Below are positions 28,334-38,051 of a stretch of 64,000 nt of DNA, one piece after another. The notes under the pieces are model-generated. The model saw only the letters and a list, made by a program, of their open reading frames with translations. It had not been told where the DNA came from and ran no database searches. The stretch's first letter is position 1, and each line of letters opens with the position of its first letter. Source of the stretch: Candidatus Uhrbacteria bacterium (lineage in GTDB: Bacteria > Patescibacteriota > Patescibacteriia > UBA9934 > UBA10169); contig JACPJO010000002.1 in assembly GCA_016187485.1 (NCBI GenBank), positions 27,912 to 91,911 on the forward strand, given 5' to 3'. The translations under genes and the position numbers were made by a program.

Positions 28334-30814
28334 CTACTCAAAAAGGACGCCGACAAACCCAGGGGACCGGTTTTCTATGTCTGCCTTGATCACGCCATCG
28401 GTAAGCGGGTGGGAACTCCAGAGAGTGGGGAGGTTGGCAGGGGGAGTAAGACGTACGCGTGTGGTGCGTCCGACCGTACCCGATTGCGTATCAACCGTGA
28501 GAGTATGCGCTGTCGGTTTCTCAAACCCCAGACGATCAAGAACAGCCGTGAAGGCTCCTGTGGGACGAGTGAGGGGAACGCGCCAGGGAAGCTCGTAGGT
28601 GAAGGAGATTTGCGATGTTGTTCCCGGCCGTGTTTGGATCCAGTCTCCAAAAACCGTCTTTCCGAACTCCTCACTTACCCATGTGCCTGTGCGCGGGTCT
28701 CTGGCGCTGGTTTCCTCGGTGAAGGCGAGATCGGCATCGGTGGCAAGGGGGAGATCAGCAATCTCGAACGCGCTCTCTTTGGGGGGCGTTGCGCCATCGG
28801 TGTCAATAAGCGTGGCACCGCGCGGGACGTACAGGCGCACGAACGTCACGTTATTGGCTCCGGTGAAACGCGCGCCGGGAATTCCGTGGTGTGTGCGCAC
28901 AACGGTGACGGTATTGCGCACAACCCCTGCAGGAGAGATCGTGGAATCTACCTCTACTGTCTCGTCTATCACGGCATCGGTTTTTTCTCCTCCAATGTTT
29001 GCCTCTGCCACAAGAAGGTAGTCGCCGTTTGTGCGGCGCAACTCTCCTGTCACGCCAAACGCGCGTGCGGCTTCTTGCTCCGCAGGGTCAGTGAAATACA
29101 TCTGGACATCCTTCTGCGCTACCCCTGTTTGTAAGAGAGTGAGTGCGTCAAGGAACGTTGGTCCATCCAATGTTTGCAGACGCGCAAGAAGGAGCGGGGC
29201 CAGGTCTGCCAAGAACTGTTTGGGATTTCCGCTTGCACGCGCGGCGTCATTTTCTACGAGCATTTGCGTCTCCGTAATGAAGTTCTCTGCCGACAAGATC
29301 TTTCCATAAGCAGGAATGGAAATGGGCCCGAGTATTTCCAAAAGGTCGGCAACGAAAGAGGCGTTTATGGCAAGGACGCCATCCTTTGTCGCTCCACCAG
29401 AGTTGGCATCGAACCAGAGAAGTTTTTTCGCTGATGCGGGAAAATCAGGGAACCAGTTCGCATCTTGGAATTCCCAACGCGCGTTCACCAGTTGCAGAGG
29501 AGGGGGAGCGGCGACATACTCGGTGAGGACACCCTGGAGAGCATAGGATCCGCCGCCGGGGATGGAGAGCGCCGTGATTTCTCCAGCGGAGACTTCCATG
29601 TCTGCAAACGACCCAATAAACCCGCCCGTGGGGCGCAGCTCTGTCTGATTTTGGAAAACGACCAGGTATCGTTTGGCAGTGTGCGTGCCAAGTACTTCAT
29701 GCAAAATCTCCGTGGTATCCAGGAAAGTCCGGAGTGTTTTTTGAATACGAGGTAAGGACTCCCGGAGCGCCAAGAATTGCTCTTGCCGGTCTTGTGGGAT
29801 AGCCTCGTGCTCCACGCGTGTGCTTGCCTCCACGGCATCTTCGAGGAATGGCATGGCCGAGGAGATATAGCGTTCCAAGAGAGAAATTTTTGTGGAAAGA
29901 TTTTGATCTACCGACGTTGAGCTTGTTTCTACCCCCTCGCTTAAAAGGGCAGCGGCTTTCGTGAGAGCTTTGCCCATCGCAAGCACCGCCTCGGCGCTTC
30001 GCAGTCGCGCACCCTCTCGTGGCAGAAAAACGGCGAGTGCGCGCACACCGCTCCCCAAATGCTCGAGTGTATCCCACGCTTCCCCAAGCGATACGCTGGC
30101 TTTTGTAAATGTTTCTTTGGCTGCGGAAAAATCCACGCGTGAGGTTTCCTTTGCCGCGCTTTCAAGAAGGGCAAGCGCTTCGGCGCCCTCCGTCAGCATA
30201 TTTTTTCGCGAGGTAGAGACAGACGAAATGGTGCTCGTGGCCTGAAGAGGGAGAACAAAAGCAAACGAGAGGATAACAAAGCTTGCTACCCCGCGTGCGA
30301 GCGGGGAAGAGCTACTCCACGCCCTCTGGGCGCTTTGTGGAACGGGATTCCGCCAGGCGATGTGCGGCAGGGCGGGGAGAGAGAACGTAGGCCATGAGCG
30401 CGCGGACTTCTTTCCCAGGTTTACGTCATCTTCGGCCAACTGCGCCGCCACATCTTCCTCCTTCACGGGGAAGAGAATCGGGAGTTCCTCTTCTTCCTTC
30501 ATGGAGACCGAAAGCGAAGCGACAAATTCTTCAAAAGTGGGAAGGATCTCTTCCGGAGCCGATGCGCGCTCTGTTGTGGGGAGATGGGTGAACTCCTCGG
30601 TGGGCCGCAGATTGAGGACGTGCAAAGAGGGAGCGGGGGAAGCGGTTTGTGCAAGGGGGAGAGTATGAGAGACGGGTGAAGATGTCGTGGGGGAAAGACT
30701 TTCTGTGCGTAAAGATAGAGGAAGTGCTTGATCAAACACAAACGCCGCTTGTTGTTTCCGCGATTGTGCGGATAAGCGCCGGCGGGGTTGAGTTTTTTTA
30801 GAGGCTTTCTTCAT
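28334..30814 (-). CDS. DUF4012-domain membrane protein
   Basis: YLVVFQNQTELRPTGGFIGS, DANWFPDFPASA, NIGGEKTD; located in the glycan cluster. Confidence 0.85.
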   Translation of the reverse strand: MKKASKKTQPRRRLSAQSRKQQAAFVFDQALPLSLRTESLSPTTSSPVSHTLPLAQTASPAPSLHVLNLRPTEEFTHLPTTERASAPEEILPTFEEFVASLSVSMKEEEELPILFPVKEEDVAAQLAEDDVNLGKKSARSWPTFSLPALPHIAWRNPVPQSAQRAWSSSSPLARGVASFVILSFAFVLPLQATSTISSVSTSRKNMLTEGAEALALLESAAKETSRVDFSAAKETFTKASVSLGEAWDTLEHLGSGVRALAVFLPREGARLRSAEAVLAMGKALTKAAALLSEGVETSSTSVDQNLSTKISLLERYISSAMPFLEDAVEASTRVEHEAIPQDRQEQFLALRESLPRIQKTLRTFLDTTEILHEVLGTHTAKRYLVVFQNQTELRPTGGFIGSFADMEVSAGEITALSIPGGGSYALQGVLTEYVAAPPPLQLVNARWEFQDANWFPDFPASAKKLLWFDANSGGATKDGVLAINASFVADLLEILGPISIPAYGKILSAENFITETQMLVENDAARASGNPKQFLADLAPLLLARLQTLDGPTFLDALTLLQTGVAQKDVQMYFTDPAEQEAARAFGVTGELRRTNGDYLLVAEANIGGEKTDAVIDETVEVDSTISPAGVVRNTVTVVRTHHGIPGARFTGANNVTFVRLYVPRGATLIDTDGATPPKESAFEIADLPLATDADLAFTEETSARDPRTGTWVSEEFGKTVFGDWIQTRPGTTSQISFTYELPWRVPLTRPTGAFTAVLDRLGFEKPTAHTLTVDTQSGTVGRTTRVRLTPPANLPTLWSSHPLTDGVIKADIENRSPGFVGVLFE

Positions 30815-31919
30815 ACAAGCGCCGTGTGCGCTCTGCCATCGTATCCCACGAATAATGTTTCTTTTGTTGGCGACCCTTTTGAATGAGTTCCTGCCGAAGC
30901 GCCTGATCTTGCAGGAGTTTTTCCATGATGCGCACCATTGCCTCTAGGTCATCTGGGTCAAAGAAGAGGGCGGCGTCGCCGAGAATCTCCGGGAAGGCGC
31001 TCGTGGAGGAAGCGGCCACCGGTGTGCCGTGCGACATGGCTTCAAGTGGCGGGAGACCGAACCCCTCGTGACGGGAAGGGAAGAGGCAAGCTGTGGCAAA
31101 ACGGTAAAGGTCGGCGAGGTCTTCATCGGAGACGAATCCTGTAAAGACGACAGAGGAAGAGGGAATGGCAATTTCTTCCAACTCTTTGCGCAGCCTTTCG
31201 TAAAACACATTGGTTTTTCCTGCCAGGACAAGCTTCACTTCGGGGTGGGCTTTCACAAAGAAGGAGAAAGCGTGCAGGAGAGACTCCAGATTCTTGTGCG
31301 GATAGGCATTGCCTACGTAGAGGAAGTACGGGCCGGCTACGCGGCGGTTTCCCGCTCCTCCTGTTGCCTCCCCGGGTGCTCCTTCGTGGATAACGGAGAT
31401 CTTTTCCGGCGGGAGTTTAGGGAAATGCGCCATGATGCGCGCGCGAGTGAAGTCGGATACCGCGATCACGCGCCGGCTTTTCCAAAGAGCGTGGTGAAGG
31501 ACGGCGCGATACCCCATTCGTTTTACTTCAAAGAGTCCGGGCGGCAAGAGACTCGCGGCGCGCGCCGAGCGACGCTCTTCCATCAAGATAAGGTCGTGGA
31601 TGGTGACGACGAACGGCGTCCGGAGACAGAGTGGAACATTCCAATGAGGAATATGCACGAGGTCGCAACACTCCCGGTCTATGATGGCGGGCATGCGGAT
31701 CTGTTCAGCAAATGTGTACCAACGCACGGGCACCACCCGTTTGTGCATGTGGCGCCCCTTTGGTTTAAACAGGCGAAAACCCTCTTCGTTGAGAAAGACC
31801 ACGAAGGTGTGAGGAGCCTTTTGGGCATCCAAACGATCGAGAAGCTCGGCAACGTAACGTCCAAGCCCCCCACCCCCCACATTTGGCCCGTAAAACCGAG
31901 CATCAATCCCGATCTTCAT
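30798..31919 (-). CDS. GT4 glycosyltransferase
   Basis: MKIGIDAR, VTIHDL, YVGNAYPHKN, EGFGLPPLEAM. Confidence 0.93.
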   Translation of the reverse strand: MKIGIDARFYGPNVGGGGLGRYVAELLDRLDAQKAPHTFVVFLNEEGFRLFKPKGRHMHKRVVPVRWYTFAEQIRMPAIIDRECCDLVHIPHWNVPLCLRTPFVVTIHDLILMEERRSARAASLLPPGLFEVKRMGYRAVLHHALWKSRRVIAVSDFTRARIMAHFPKLPPEKISVIHEGAPGEATGGAGNRRVAGPYFLYVGNAYPHKNLESLLHAFSFFVKAHPEVKLVLAGKTNVFYERLRKELEEIAIPSSSVVFTGFVSDEDLADLYRFATACLFPSRHEGFGLPPLEAMSHGTPVAASSTSAFPEILGDAALFFDPDDLEAMVRIMEKLLQDQALRQELIQKGRQQKKHYSWDTMAERTRRLYEESL

Positions 31920-31963
31920 AGCGACATTTTACACCGAATTTGGTGGATAACATGGGGATAAGA

Positions 31964-32716
31964 TTATCGGTCAACGGGGGGCAGGACACGCGTGGTCTGC
32001 CAGAGCACGTCAAAAAGGTTTTTCTGCAGCTCAAAGAGCCGATGGGACTCAACAATCATCCCGAAGGGCTCCTCCGTGGTTCCCATGTAGGCGACCTTGT
32101 TGTCGTAGAGGTACATAGTGAGGTGGAACGTCATTTTCCCTGGCGCAATATGCACCTCGCGGTTCTCCTTAATGCTTGAAGGGTACTTGGCGCCGACTTC
32201 CGTTGCCTCAGAACGGATGACATGGAGGCGTTTCCCAGAAGTAATACGTCGAGTGGTGTAGTCTGCGAACCAATCTTGGCCAGCGAGAAGATCGATATCA
32301 GCGACGGAGAGAATAGCGCAGAGTTGCCGGCTCGTGTTGTTGAGCGTGTCCTCAAAGACGGTCTTTACTCCAGCGGCCCCTTCGTAGAGCCGTATGCGTG
32401 GTTGGTCGGAGGTCGTACGGAATAGGGAGAGAAGTTCCGGAAGAGCGCGCGCGGCTTTCTCTTGTTTCTCTCGAAGCATGGCTTCTAAACGTGTGGGCTT
32501 TTCTGCGCGATAGGTTCGGCGGCGCCCGATTGTGCTGTAACTTGCTAGACCCATGACAACCAGTTGTTGGAGAACTTCATGGGCGGTTGTCCGGGGGAGG
32601 CCTACTTCGCGACCGATGCGCTCTGCTGTCCCTGCGCCAACACGAAGCAAAGCGAGATAAATTTCCCCTTTTGTCTTTGGCAAACCAATTTCTCCGAGGG
32701 TTTCTTTGAGTGACAT
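31964..32716 (-). CDS. TrmB-family transcriptional regulator
   Basis: LGEIGL..IYLALL..RTT..LQQLVVMGL wHTH; RLYEGAAGVK; LYDNKVA. Confidence 0.88.
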   Translation of the reverse strand: MSLKETLGEIGLPKTKGEIYLALLRVGAGTAERIGREVGLPRTTAHEVLQQLVVMGLASYSTIGRRRTYRAEKPTRLEAMLREKQEKAARALPELLSLFRTTSDQPRIRLYEGAAGVKTVFEDTLNNTSRQLCAILSVADIDLLAGQDWFADYTTRRITSGKRLHVIRSEATEVGAKYPSSIKENREVHIAPGKMTFHLTMYLYDNKVAYMGTTEEPFGMIVESHRLFELQKNLFDVLWQTTRVLPPVDR

Positions 32717-32744
32717 GAGTGGAACAAACGAGACTTACACACTT

Positions 32745-32831
32745 TCGTCGGAACTTTCCGACGACCATTATTGCATGGAAGTACTTATAAATGCAATTTT
32801 CCTACATATAGGAACTTACATATGTCGGAAA
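32745..32831. promoter_or_regulatory. Candidate TrmB operator palindromes in a divergent promoter
   Basis: TCGTCGGAA-CT-TTCCGACGA (32745-32764) plus related half-sites TTTCCTACATA and TATGTCGGAAA. Confidence 0.55.
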
Positions 32832-32875
32832 TATACTTCCACTTTTGCCTCACCTAAGGTACGATCGGCACTTGT

Positions 32876-34609
32876 ATGAAGTCCAAAACACCAAACTTTG
32901 ATGAGAGGATTGAGGAACTGTTAAAAAAATTGGTGCCAGGCACCAGAGTGTGTAAGAAAACAGGAGAGACTTGGGAGCTTACCCAGGAAGAAATTGAATG
33001 GTGCCGGCATTTTCGTGTACCGCCGTCGGATGTAAGCCCACTCGCACGTCTGCGTATGCTCACGGCCTTTTTTGTGGGCTACCAGTGGTGGAACAATAAA
33101 AGCGCGAAAGATGGGAGGACGCTTGTGAGCTCCACGCATCCGGCGAGTGGTGTGAAGATTCTCCCAGACGAGGAGTGGCTTCAGCAGGACTTTTCTTCTC
33201 TTCGACGACCTATTCATTCGGACACCTCTGTTTTTCGTGTGCTCCAAGAGCTGTCCCGAGAGATCCCCTTTATGGCGTTTCGCAATGCGGTACCGCCAGA
33301 AAACTCCATCTCTACAATCTCCATGGGGGACCAAAACAGTTATTTCATGAACGCTTGTCGATCGAAGAATTCCTTTTTTGGGATGAATGCGCTCGACACG
33401 GAAGATTCTGCAGAAGTTTATCAGTCAGGAAAGATTGTCGGCTCCTACAATGTGGTACACGCCGAGCGTCTTTACCAATGTCGGTTTGTGCAAGAGTCGC
33501 GTGATTGTATGAGCAGCGCATTTCTTTTTGATTGTCGAGACTGCGAGCATTGTTTTATGGCGACGAACAAACGACGGGCAAAATATGTTTGGAAGAATGA
33601 GCAGCTTTCGCGGCAGGAGTATGAAAAACGTATAGCCGAAGTGGACCTGTCTTCCCGCGTGCGGCTTGAGGCGTACAAAACAGAGTTTCTGGAGTTGATA
33701 CGGACACAAGGAATCTGGCCCGAGAACTTCAACGAGAAAGCGGAACAAAGCTCTGGAGAGTATTTACAGGAAGTCACCAACTGCCATTTTTGCTATAACA
33801 ACAATTATGGGTGCCGTGACCAGCTTTGGTGCGCGTACATGTTTCATGAAACATTCCAAAATGCATTCGACGTCGGGCTTTTCTACGGAACGAACAACTG
33901 CTGGGGTTGTTCAACGGGGTCGCGAAGCGCGAACTGTCTCTTCAGTTATCTTGTCGTAAATTGCCAACGCGTGGAATACTCCATGCATTGTTACGATTGC
34001 GAGAACTGTTTTGGATGCGTGGGGCTTAACCGCAAGAAGTTTCACATCTTCAATACGCCATGTACGGAAGAGGAGTATTATCGGTTGCTCGATGAGATAA
34101 AGTGCGGGATGCTTGAGCGACGCGAATACGGGGAATTTCTTCCCGCCACTCTTTCGCCTACGCGCTTTTTGGATTCCGGCGCTGCGCTCTTTCTTTTGGC
34201 AGATGAGGTAGCGGGGCGGCAACTTGGTGCATTAGAGTATGCGCCTGAATCTGCAGGGGCAAGTGGAGACCCCTCGATTGTCCTTTTACCGGTGGGTGAT
34301 ATTCCCGACAGCATTTCCGATCCCTCGGTGGAGGCGCTTTCCGGCAAGCTCTTTTTTGACGAGTCTCTCGATCGACGTTTTACTTTCCTTAAACCAGAGG
34401 TGGAGTTTTATCGCGCGATGAAGATCGGTCCGCCTCGTGATCACTTTATTGCTCGTGTGCGCGATCTTAGCTTTCGCGCAAATTCAGGTGTATTTGAGGA
34501 CACCATCTGCGCCAAATGCTCACGGAATATTCTCGTCACGAAGAATAAAACATTTCCTTCACGCACTATATATTGCCGCGCATGTTACCAAGACACTCTT
34601 TCCGCGTAA
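32876..34609 (+). CDS. Cys-rich hypothetical protein with internal beta-helix-like repeats and CxxC motifs
   Basis: FDCRDCEHCF, CYDCENCFGCVGL, CAKC...YCRACY. Confidence 0.8.
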   Translation: MKSKTPNFDERIEELLKKLVPGTRVCKKTGETWELTQEEIEWCRHFRVPPSDVSPLARLRMLTAFFVGYQWWNNKSAKDGRTLVSSTHPASGVKILPDEEWLQQDFSSLRRPIHSDTSVFRVLQELSREIPFMAFRNAVPPENSISTISMGDQNSYFMNACRSKNSFFGMNALDTEDSAEVYQSGKIVGSYNVVHAERLYQCRFVQESRDCMSSAFLFDCRDCEHCFMATNKRRAKYVWKNEQLSRQEYEKRIAEVDLSSRVRLEAYKTEFLELIRTQGIWPENFNEKAEQSSGEYLQEVTNCHFCYNNNYGCRDQLWCAYMFHETFQNAFDVGLFYGTNNCWGCSTGSRSANCLFSYLVVNCQRVEYSMHCYDCENCFGCVGLNRKKFHIFNTPCTEEEYYRLLDEIKCGMLERREYGEFLPATLSPTRFLDSGAALFLLADEVAGRQLGALEYAPESAGASGDPSIVLLPVGDIPDSISDPSVEALSGKLFFDESLDRRFTFLKPEVEFYRAMKIGPPRDHFIARVRDLSFRANSGVFEDTICAKCSRNILVTKNKTFPSRTIYCRACYQDTLSA

Positions 34610-34657
34610 CAGTTCTCCCATTGGCGCGTCTCCTTATGCATGGGGTAGTCCCAAAAT

Positions 34658-35860
34658 ATGACGCGCAAAATGCAAAGCACCTGTGGGGTCTGTGTCGCTG
34701 TTGTCCTCGTTGTCGCTTCCGCGGGGCATGCTTCCTCTGTGATAAAGGGGAGAGAGAAGCGAGCAATGGAGCGCGCAGAGGCGTTTGTTTCTCAGCGTCG
34801 CGAGGCGTGGGGGAAGGAGGAAAACCCTTTTGAAGACCGCCCGGTTCTCCGCGTTCTCTTGCTTGGCCTTGACGCGCGAGTAGACCAGACGGTGGGACAC
34901 TGCGACGTCATCCAATTCATCGAAATTGATTCTACCAACGCCACGATAGATATTACTGCCGTCCCGCGCGGCACATATTCGCCTCTTCCGTCCGGCACCT
35001 ATGCCGCCACGGATTATTATCTGTCGAACGCCTGTGCTATCGGCGGCGTCGAGTACGGGATTTCACAAATTGAAAAACTTCTTGGCCGCACGGCAGACTA
35101 TGTCGTGCTTGTAAACTTTTCCGGCGCGCTGCACATTTTCCGCACGCTTGGGCTTCCTGCCTCGGACACGCTCGCGTGGTTGCGCCACCGCCAGAGTTTT
35201 CCGGTGGGGGAGCCGCAACGTGCGCACAACCACTCCGTTTTTCTTAAGGACTCCCTTGCTCGTTTTGAAAAGTTGTTGGATGACAAGGCCGCTACCCCGC
35301 TTCAGTATCTTCTCTATCGTACGGTAAAAACGGACATGACGTTTGCACAGGCGCGCGTGTTGGCAGAAACCGTTGGGCGCATGGACACGGCGCAACACGA
35401 GGACCGTGTACGTCTGTACATGATACCCGCGTACCCTGTGGCCGATATCCCATTTGATCCGGCGCGCGCAGAGGCAGAACTTGCCCAGTGGATGGAGCCG
35501 ATCCGCCCACTTCTGCACGGGGCCACATTCACCGGAGCGACAAGCGAGGAGGTGCAAGAGAAGGTCGTCTCCTTTTTGCGGAGTCACATACATGATCCAG
35601 CGTTTGTGCGCCGCGCCCTCGCCGAGCATCTCTGGCTTAGCATAGACGACGAAGCTCTCCGCGACGAACTTCATGCCGAGTTTTTGCGCGCGTATCTTCC
35701 GCTTGTGGGAGACGAAGAGCGTCTTGATGTGCTGGCGGACTATCTGCTGGAAATGGAAGAGGAAGGGAAAGAGTATCGTGTGGAATATGCAAAAGAAGAA
35801 CTTACGCGTCTCCTTGCGGCGACCACTCCTTATGCAGAGGCGTCTGCGAGTGCGCCGTAA
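34658..35860 (+). CDS. LCP (LytR-CpsA-Psr)-like protein, divergent
   Basis: N-terminal TM; VLLLGLDAR, D-VIQF, TAVPRGT, ADYVVLVNFSG, WLRHR, QRAHN. Confidence 0.7.
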   Translation: MTRKMQSTCGVCVAVVLVVASAGHASSVIKGREKRAMERAEAFVSQRREAWGKEENPFEDRPVLRVLLLGLDARVDQTVGHCDVIQFIEIDSTNATIDITAVPRGTYSPLPSGTYAATDYYLSNACAIGGVEYGISQIEKLLGRTADYVVLVNFSGALHIFRTLGLPASDTLAWLRHRQSFPVGEPQRAHNHSVFLKDSLARFEKLLDDKAATPLQYLLYRTVKTDMTFAQARVLAETVGRMDTAQHEDRVRLYMIPAYPVADIPFDPARAEAELAQWMEPIRPLLHGATFTGATSEEVQEKVVSFLRSHIHDPAFVRRALAEHLWLSIDDEALRDELHAEFLRAYLPLVGDEERLDVLADYLLEMEEEGKEYRVEYAKEELTRLLAATTPYAEASASAP

Positions 35861-36945
35861 AGAGTCGCTGCCGCTTTCTCCCACGCGAATAAAGAAACGC
35901 GCGCATACCCGGCAGAGACAAGCTGACTCCCAAGCGCCTCGTCGCGCAAGAGTTCCCGTACGGCCGCCGCGATATGGTCTGCGCGTTTCGGATCCACAAG
36001 AAGCGCTGCGTGTCCTGCCACCTCGCGGGTCGCGGAGACGGCGCTTGTGACAACTGGGACACCATAGGCAAAGGCCTCAAGGATGGGTAGGCCAAAGCCT
36101 TCGTAAAAGGAGGGGAACACGAGAGCCGCGGCGTTTCGGTAGAGAGCCGGCAGGTCATCTTCTGGCACGTATCCGAGGATATGCACACGTGACCGGAGAC
36201 TTTCAGGAACCATGTGCCGCGCGGCCTTTGATCCGACAGAAACAAGGTGAACATGGGGGAGCAGAGAAAGCGCGGCGAGAAGCCCCGGAATATTTTTTCG
36301 CACCTCCCATGTGCCCACATGAAGGACGTATAGGATAGGGAGGTGATACTTAGAACGGATACCAGAATCTCTTGGAGATTTTTCGCTTGTAAACCGAGCA
36401 TCTATGCCGTGAAGGGCTACACGAGTATGTCCCTCGGTCTTTGGAACCAGGGCCGCTACGTCGTGTGCTGTTGTTCTACTTGGGACGATGACGACACGGG
36501 CCTGCCGCATCAGACGACATGGGCCGACCAGCGTGTGCCACAGGCGGTCTTTTTTTGAAAACCACGGGGCGTGAAGCAGAAACGACACGTCGTGAACGCT
36601 CAACACGTAGGGGCGTTTAGTGGAAAAAAAGTGCAGATTGGGAAGCCAGATGACGTCAGGTGGTGATTGGCAAAGGGACTCAAAAAGAGGGCGACGACCA
36701 AGAAGGATGCCTGCGTGCAGAAGTCTGTTGGGGATGAGGCGGTGCGTGTGGATGACGGGGCGGGGGAGTTGTTTGATGACTTGTGCGGCCGCGGCACGCG
36801 TGTGCGCGGATCCGGTGGTCACGATCTCAATTTCGTCACCCTCTTTTGCTACAAGACAAAGCTCTGTAAGAAGGGAGAGCGTGGCTCGACACACTCCCGT
36901 CGGGTTTTTCTCTGCCAGGTGTCGTCCGTCCACGGCGATTTTCAT
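35830..36945 (-). CDS. GT4 glycosyltransferase
   Basis: SVHDVSF, VGTWEVRKN, PSFYEGFGLPILEA. Confidence 0.93.
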   Translation of the reverse strand: MKIAVDGRHLAEKNPTGVCRATLSLLTELCLVAKEGDEIEIVTTGSAHTRAAAAQVIKQLPRPVIHTHRLIPNRLLHAGILLGRRPLFESLCQSPPDVIWLPNLHFFSTKRPYVLSVHDVSFLLHAPWFSKKDRLWHTLVGPCRLMRQARVVIVPSRTTAHDVAALVPKTEGHTRVALHGIDARFTSEKSPRDSGIRSKYHLPILYVLHVGTWEVRKNIPGLLAALSLLPHVHLVSVGSKAARHMVPESLRSRVHILGYVPEDDLPALYRNAAALVFPSFYEGFGLPILEAFAYGVPVVTSAVSATREVAGHAALLVDPKRADHIAAAVRELLRDEALGSQLVSAGYARVSLFAWEKAAATLYGALADASA

Positions 36946-38045
36946 AGTGTGCGTGCGTGCCGTTGGTGTGCCTCTTCCACAAGCGCGCGAAACTCGCGTT
37001 CGAATGTTTCTTTAGAGTATTGCAGAGCGTGCGCACGAACCGTCTCTGGGTCAAAGACATCTTCGTGGAATTCAATGATAGTGCTTGCAAGCCGCTCCCA
37101 CGTTTGCTCGTCGAAAAATGTCCCCGTCACTCCCTCGCGTATCGTCTCGACAGCTCCGCCCCGCCGAAATGCAATGACGGGACAGCCAGAGGCCATCGCT
37201 TCTACGGGCGTGATACCGAAGTCTTCTTCTTGCGGATGGATGAATGCGCGCGCTCCCTGGTACAGCCGTGCCTGCTCCTCGTTGCTTACGCGCCCGAGGA
37301 ACTCCACGGACGGTCCGGCTCGGCGTCGGAGCTCTGCCTCTACAGGGCCGGTGCCGAAGACTTTGAGTGGAAATCCTGTGCGCGTACATGCGTCCACAAC
37401 GACATCGAAACGTTTGTATGCCACAAGCCGTCCGCCAGTGAGGAAGTAGTCCTTCTCACCCTTTGAAACAGAAAATCGGGAAACATCTACGGGGGGGTGT
37501 ATGACAGTGCTCTCGCGCCCGTAGTATTTTTTAATGCGGCCCGCCACTGTTTGTGAATTTGCTACAAAAATATCTACGCGCTCCGCCGCCGCTCGGTCCC
37601 ACAGGCGCAGAAGGGAAAGGAGGGGTGGCAAGCACCACTTGATGACAAATGGCACACGCAGTTCAGATACATACTCTCGGCTATCGCTCCATAGATAGCG
37701 AGTGGGTGTGTGGCAATAACAGATATGTAGTGTGTGCGGTTTTGTGATGATGCCTTTGGCAAAGGCGCTGGAACTGGAAACAACGACATCAAAATTTGCG
37801 AGCGGGTAATGTTCCGTGGCTGCGGGCATGAGGGGGAGATACCATTGGAAGAGTCGATGGGCAAAGGGCAGATGTGATAGAAAGGACAGGCGCACGTCGG
37901 CATGGTCGAACCACCCGCCCATCTTTTTTCTATCAAAGATCAGCACAAAAAGAGGGGCCGCGGGCCACATCTTATGCAAGACATGTAAGACCTCTTCGGC
38001 TCCTCCCAGCTGGTTGAGGTGATCGTGGACAAGCGCGAGGCGCAT
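36942..38045 (-). CDS. GT4 glycosyltransferase (WbaZ-like)
   Basis: LVHDHLNQLGGAE, CYCHTPTRYLW, RLVAYKR, EDFGITPVEAMASG. Confidence 0.93.
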   Translation of the reverse strand: MRLALVHDHLNQLGGAEEVLHVLHKMWPAAPLFVLIFDRKKMGGWFDHADVRLSFLSHLPFAHRLFQWYLPLMPAATEHYPLANFDVVVSSSSAFAKGIITKPHTLHICYCHTPTRYLWSDSREYVSELRVPFVIKWCLPPLLSLLRLWDRAAAERVDIFVANSQTVAGRIKKYYGRESTVIHPPVDVSRFSVSKGEKDYFLTGGRLVAYKRFDVVVDACTRTGFPLKVFGTGPVEAELRRRAGPSVEFLGRVSNEEQARLYQGARAFIHPQEEDFGITPVEAMASGCPVIAFRRGGAVETIREGVTGTFFDEQTWERLASTIIEFHEDVFDPETVRAHALQYSKETFEREFRALVEEAHQRHARTL

Positions 38046-38051
38046 GTGAAA

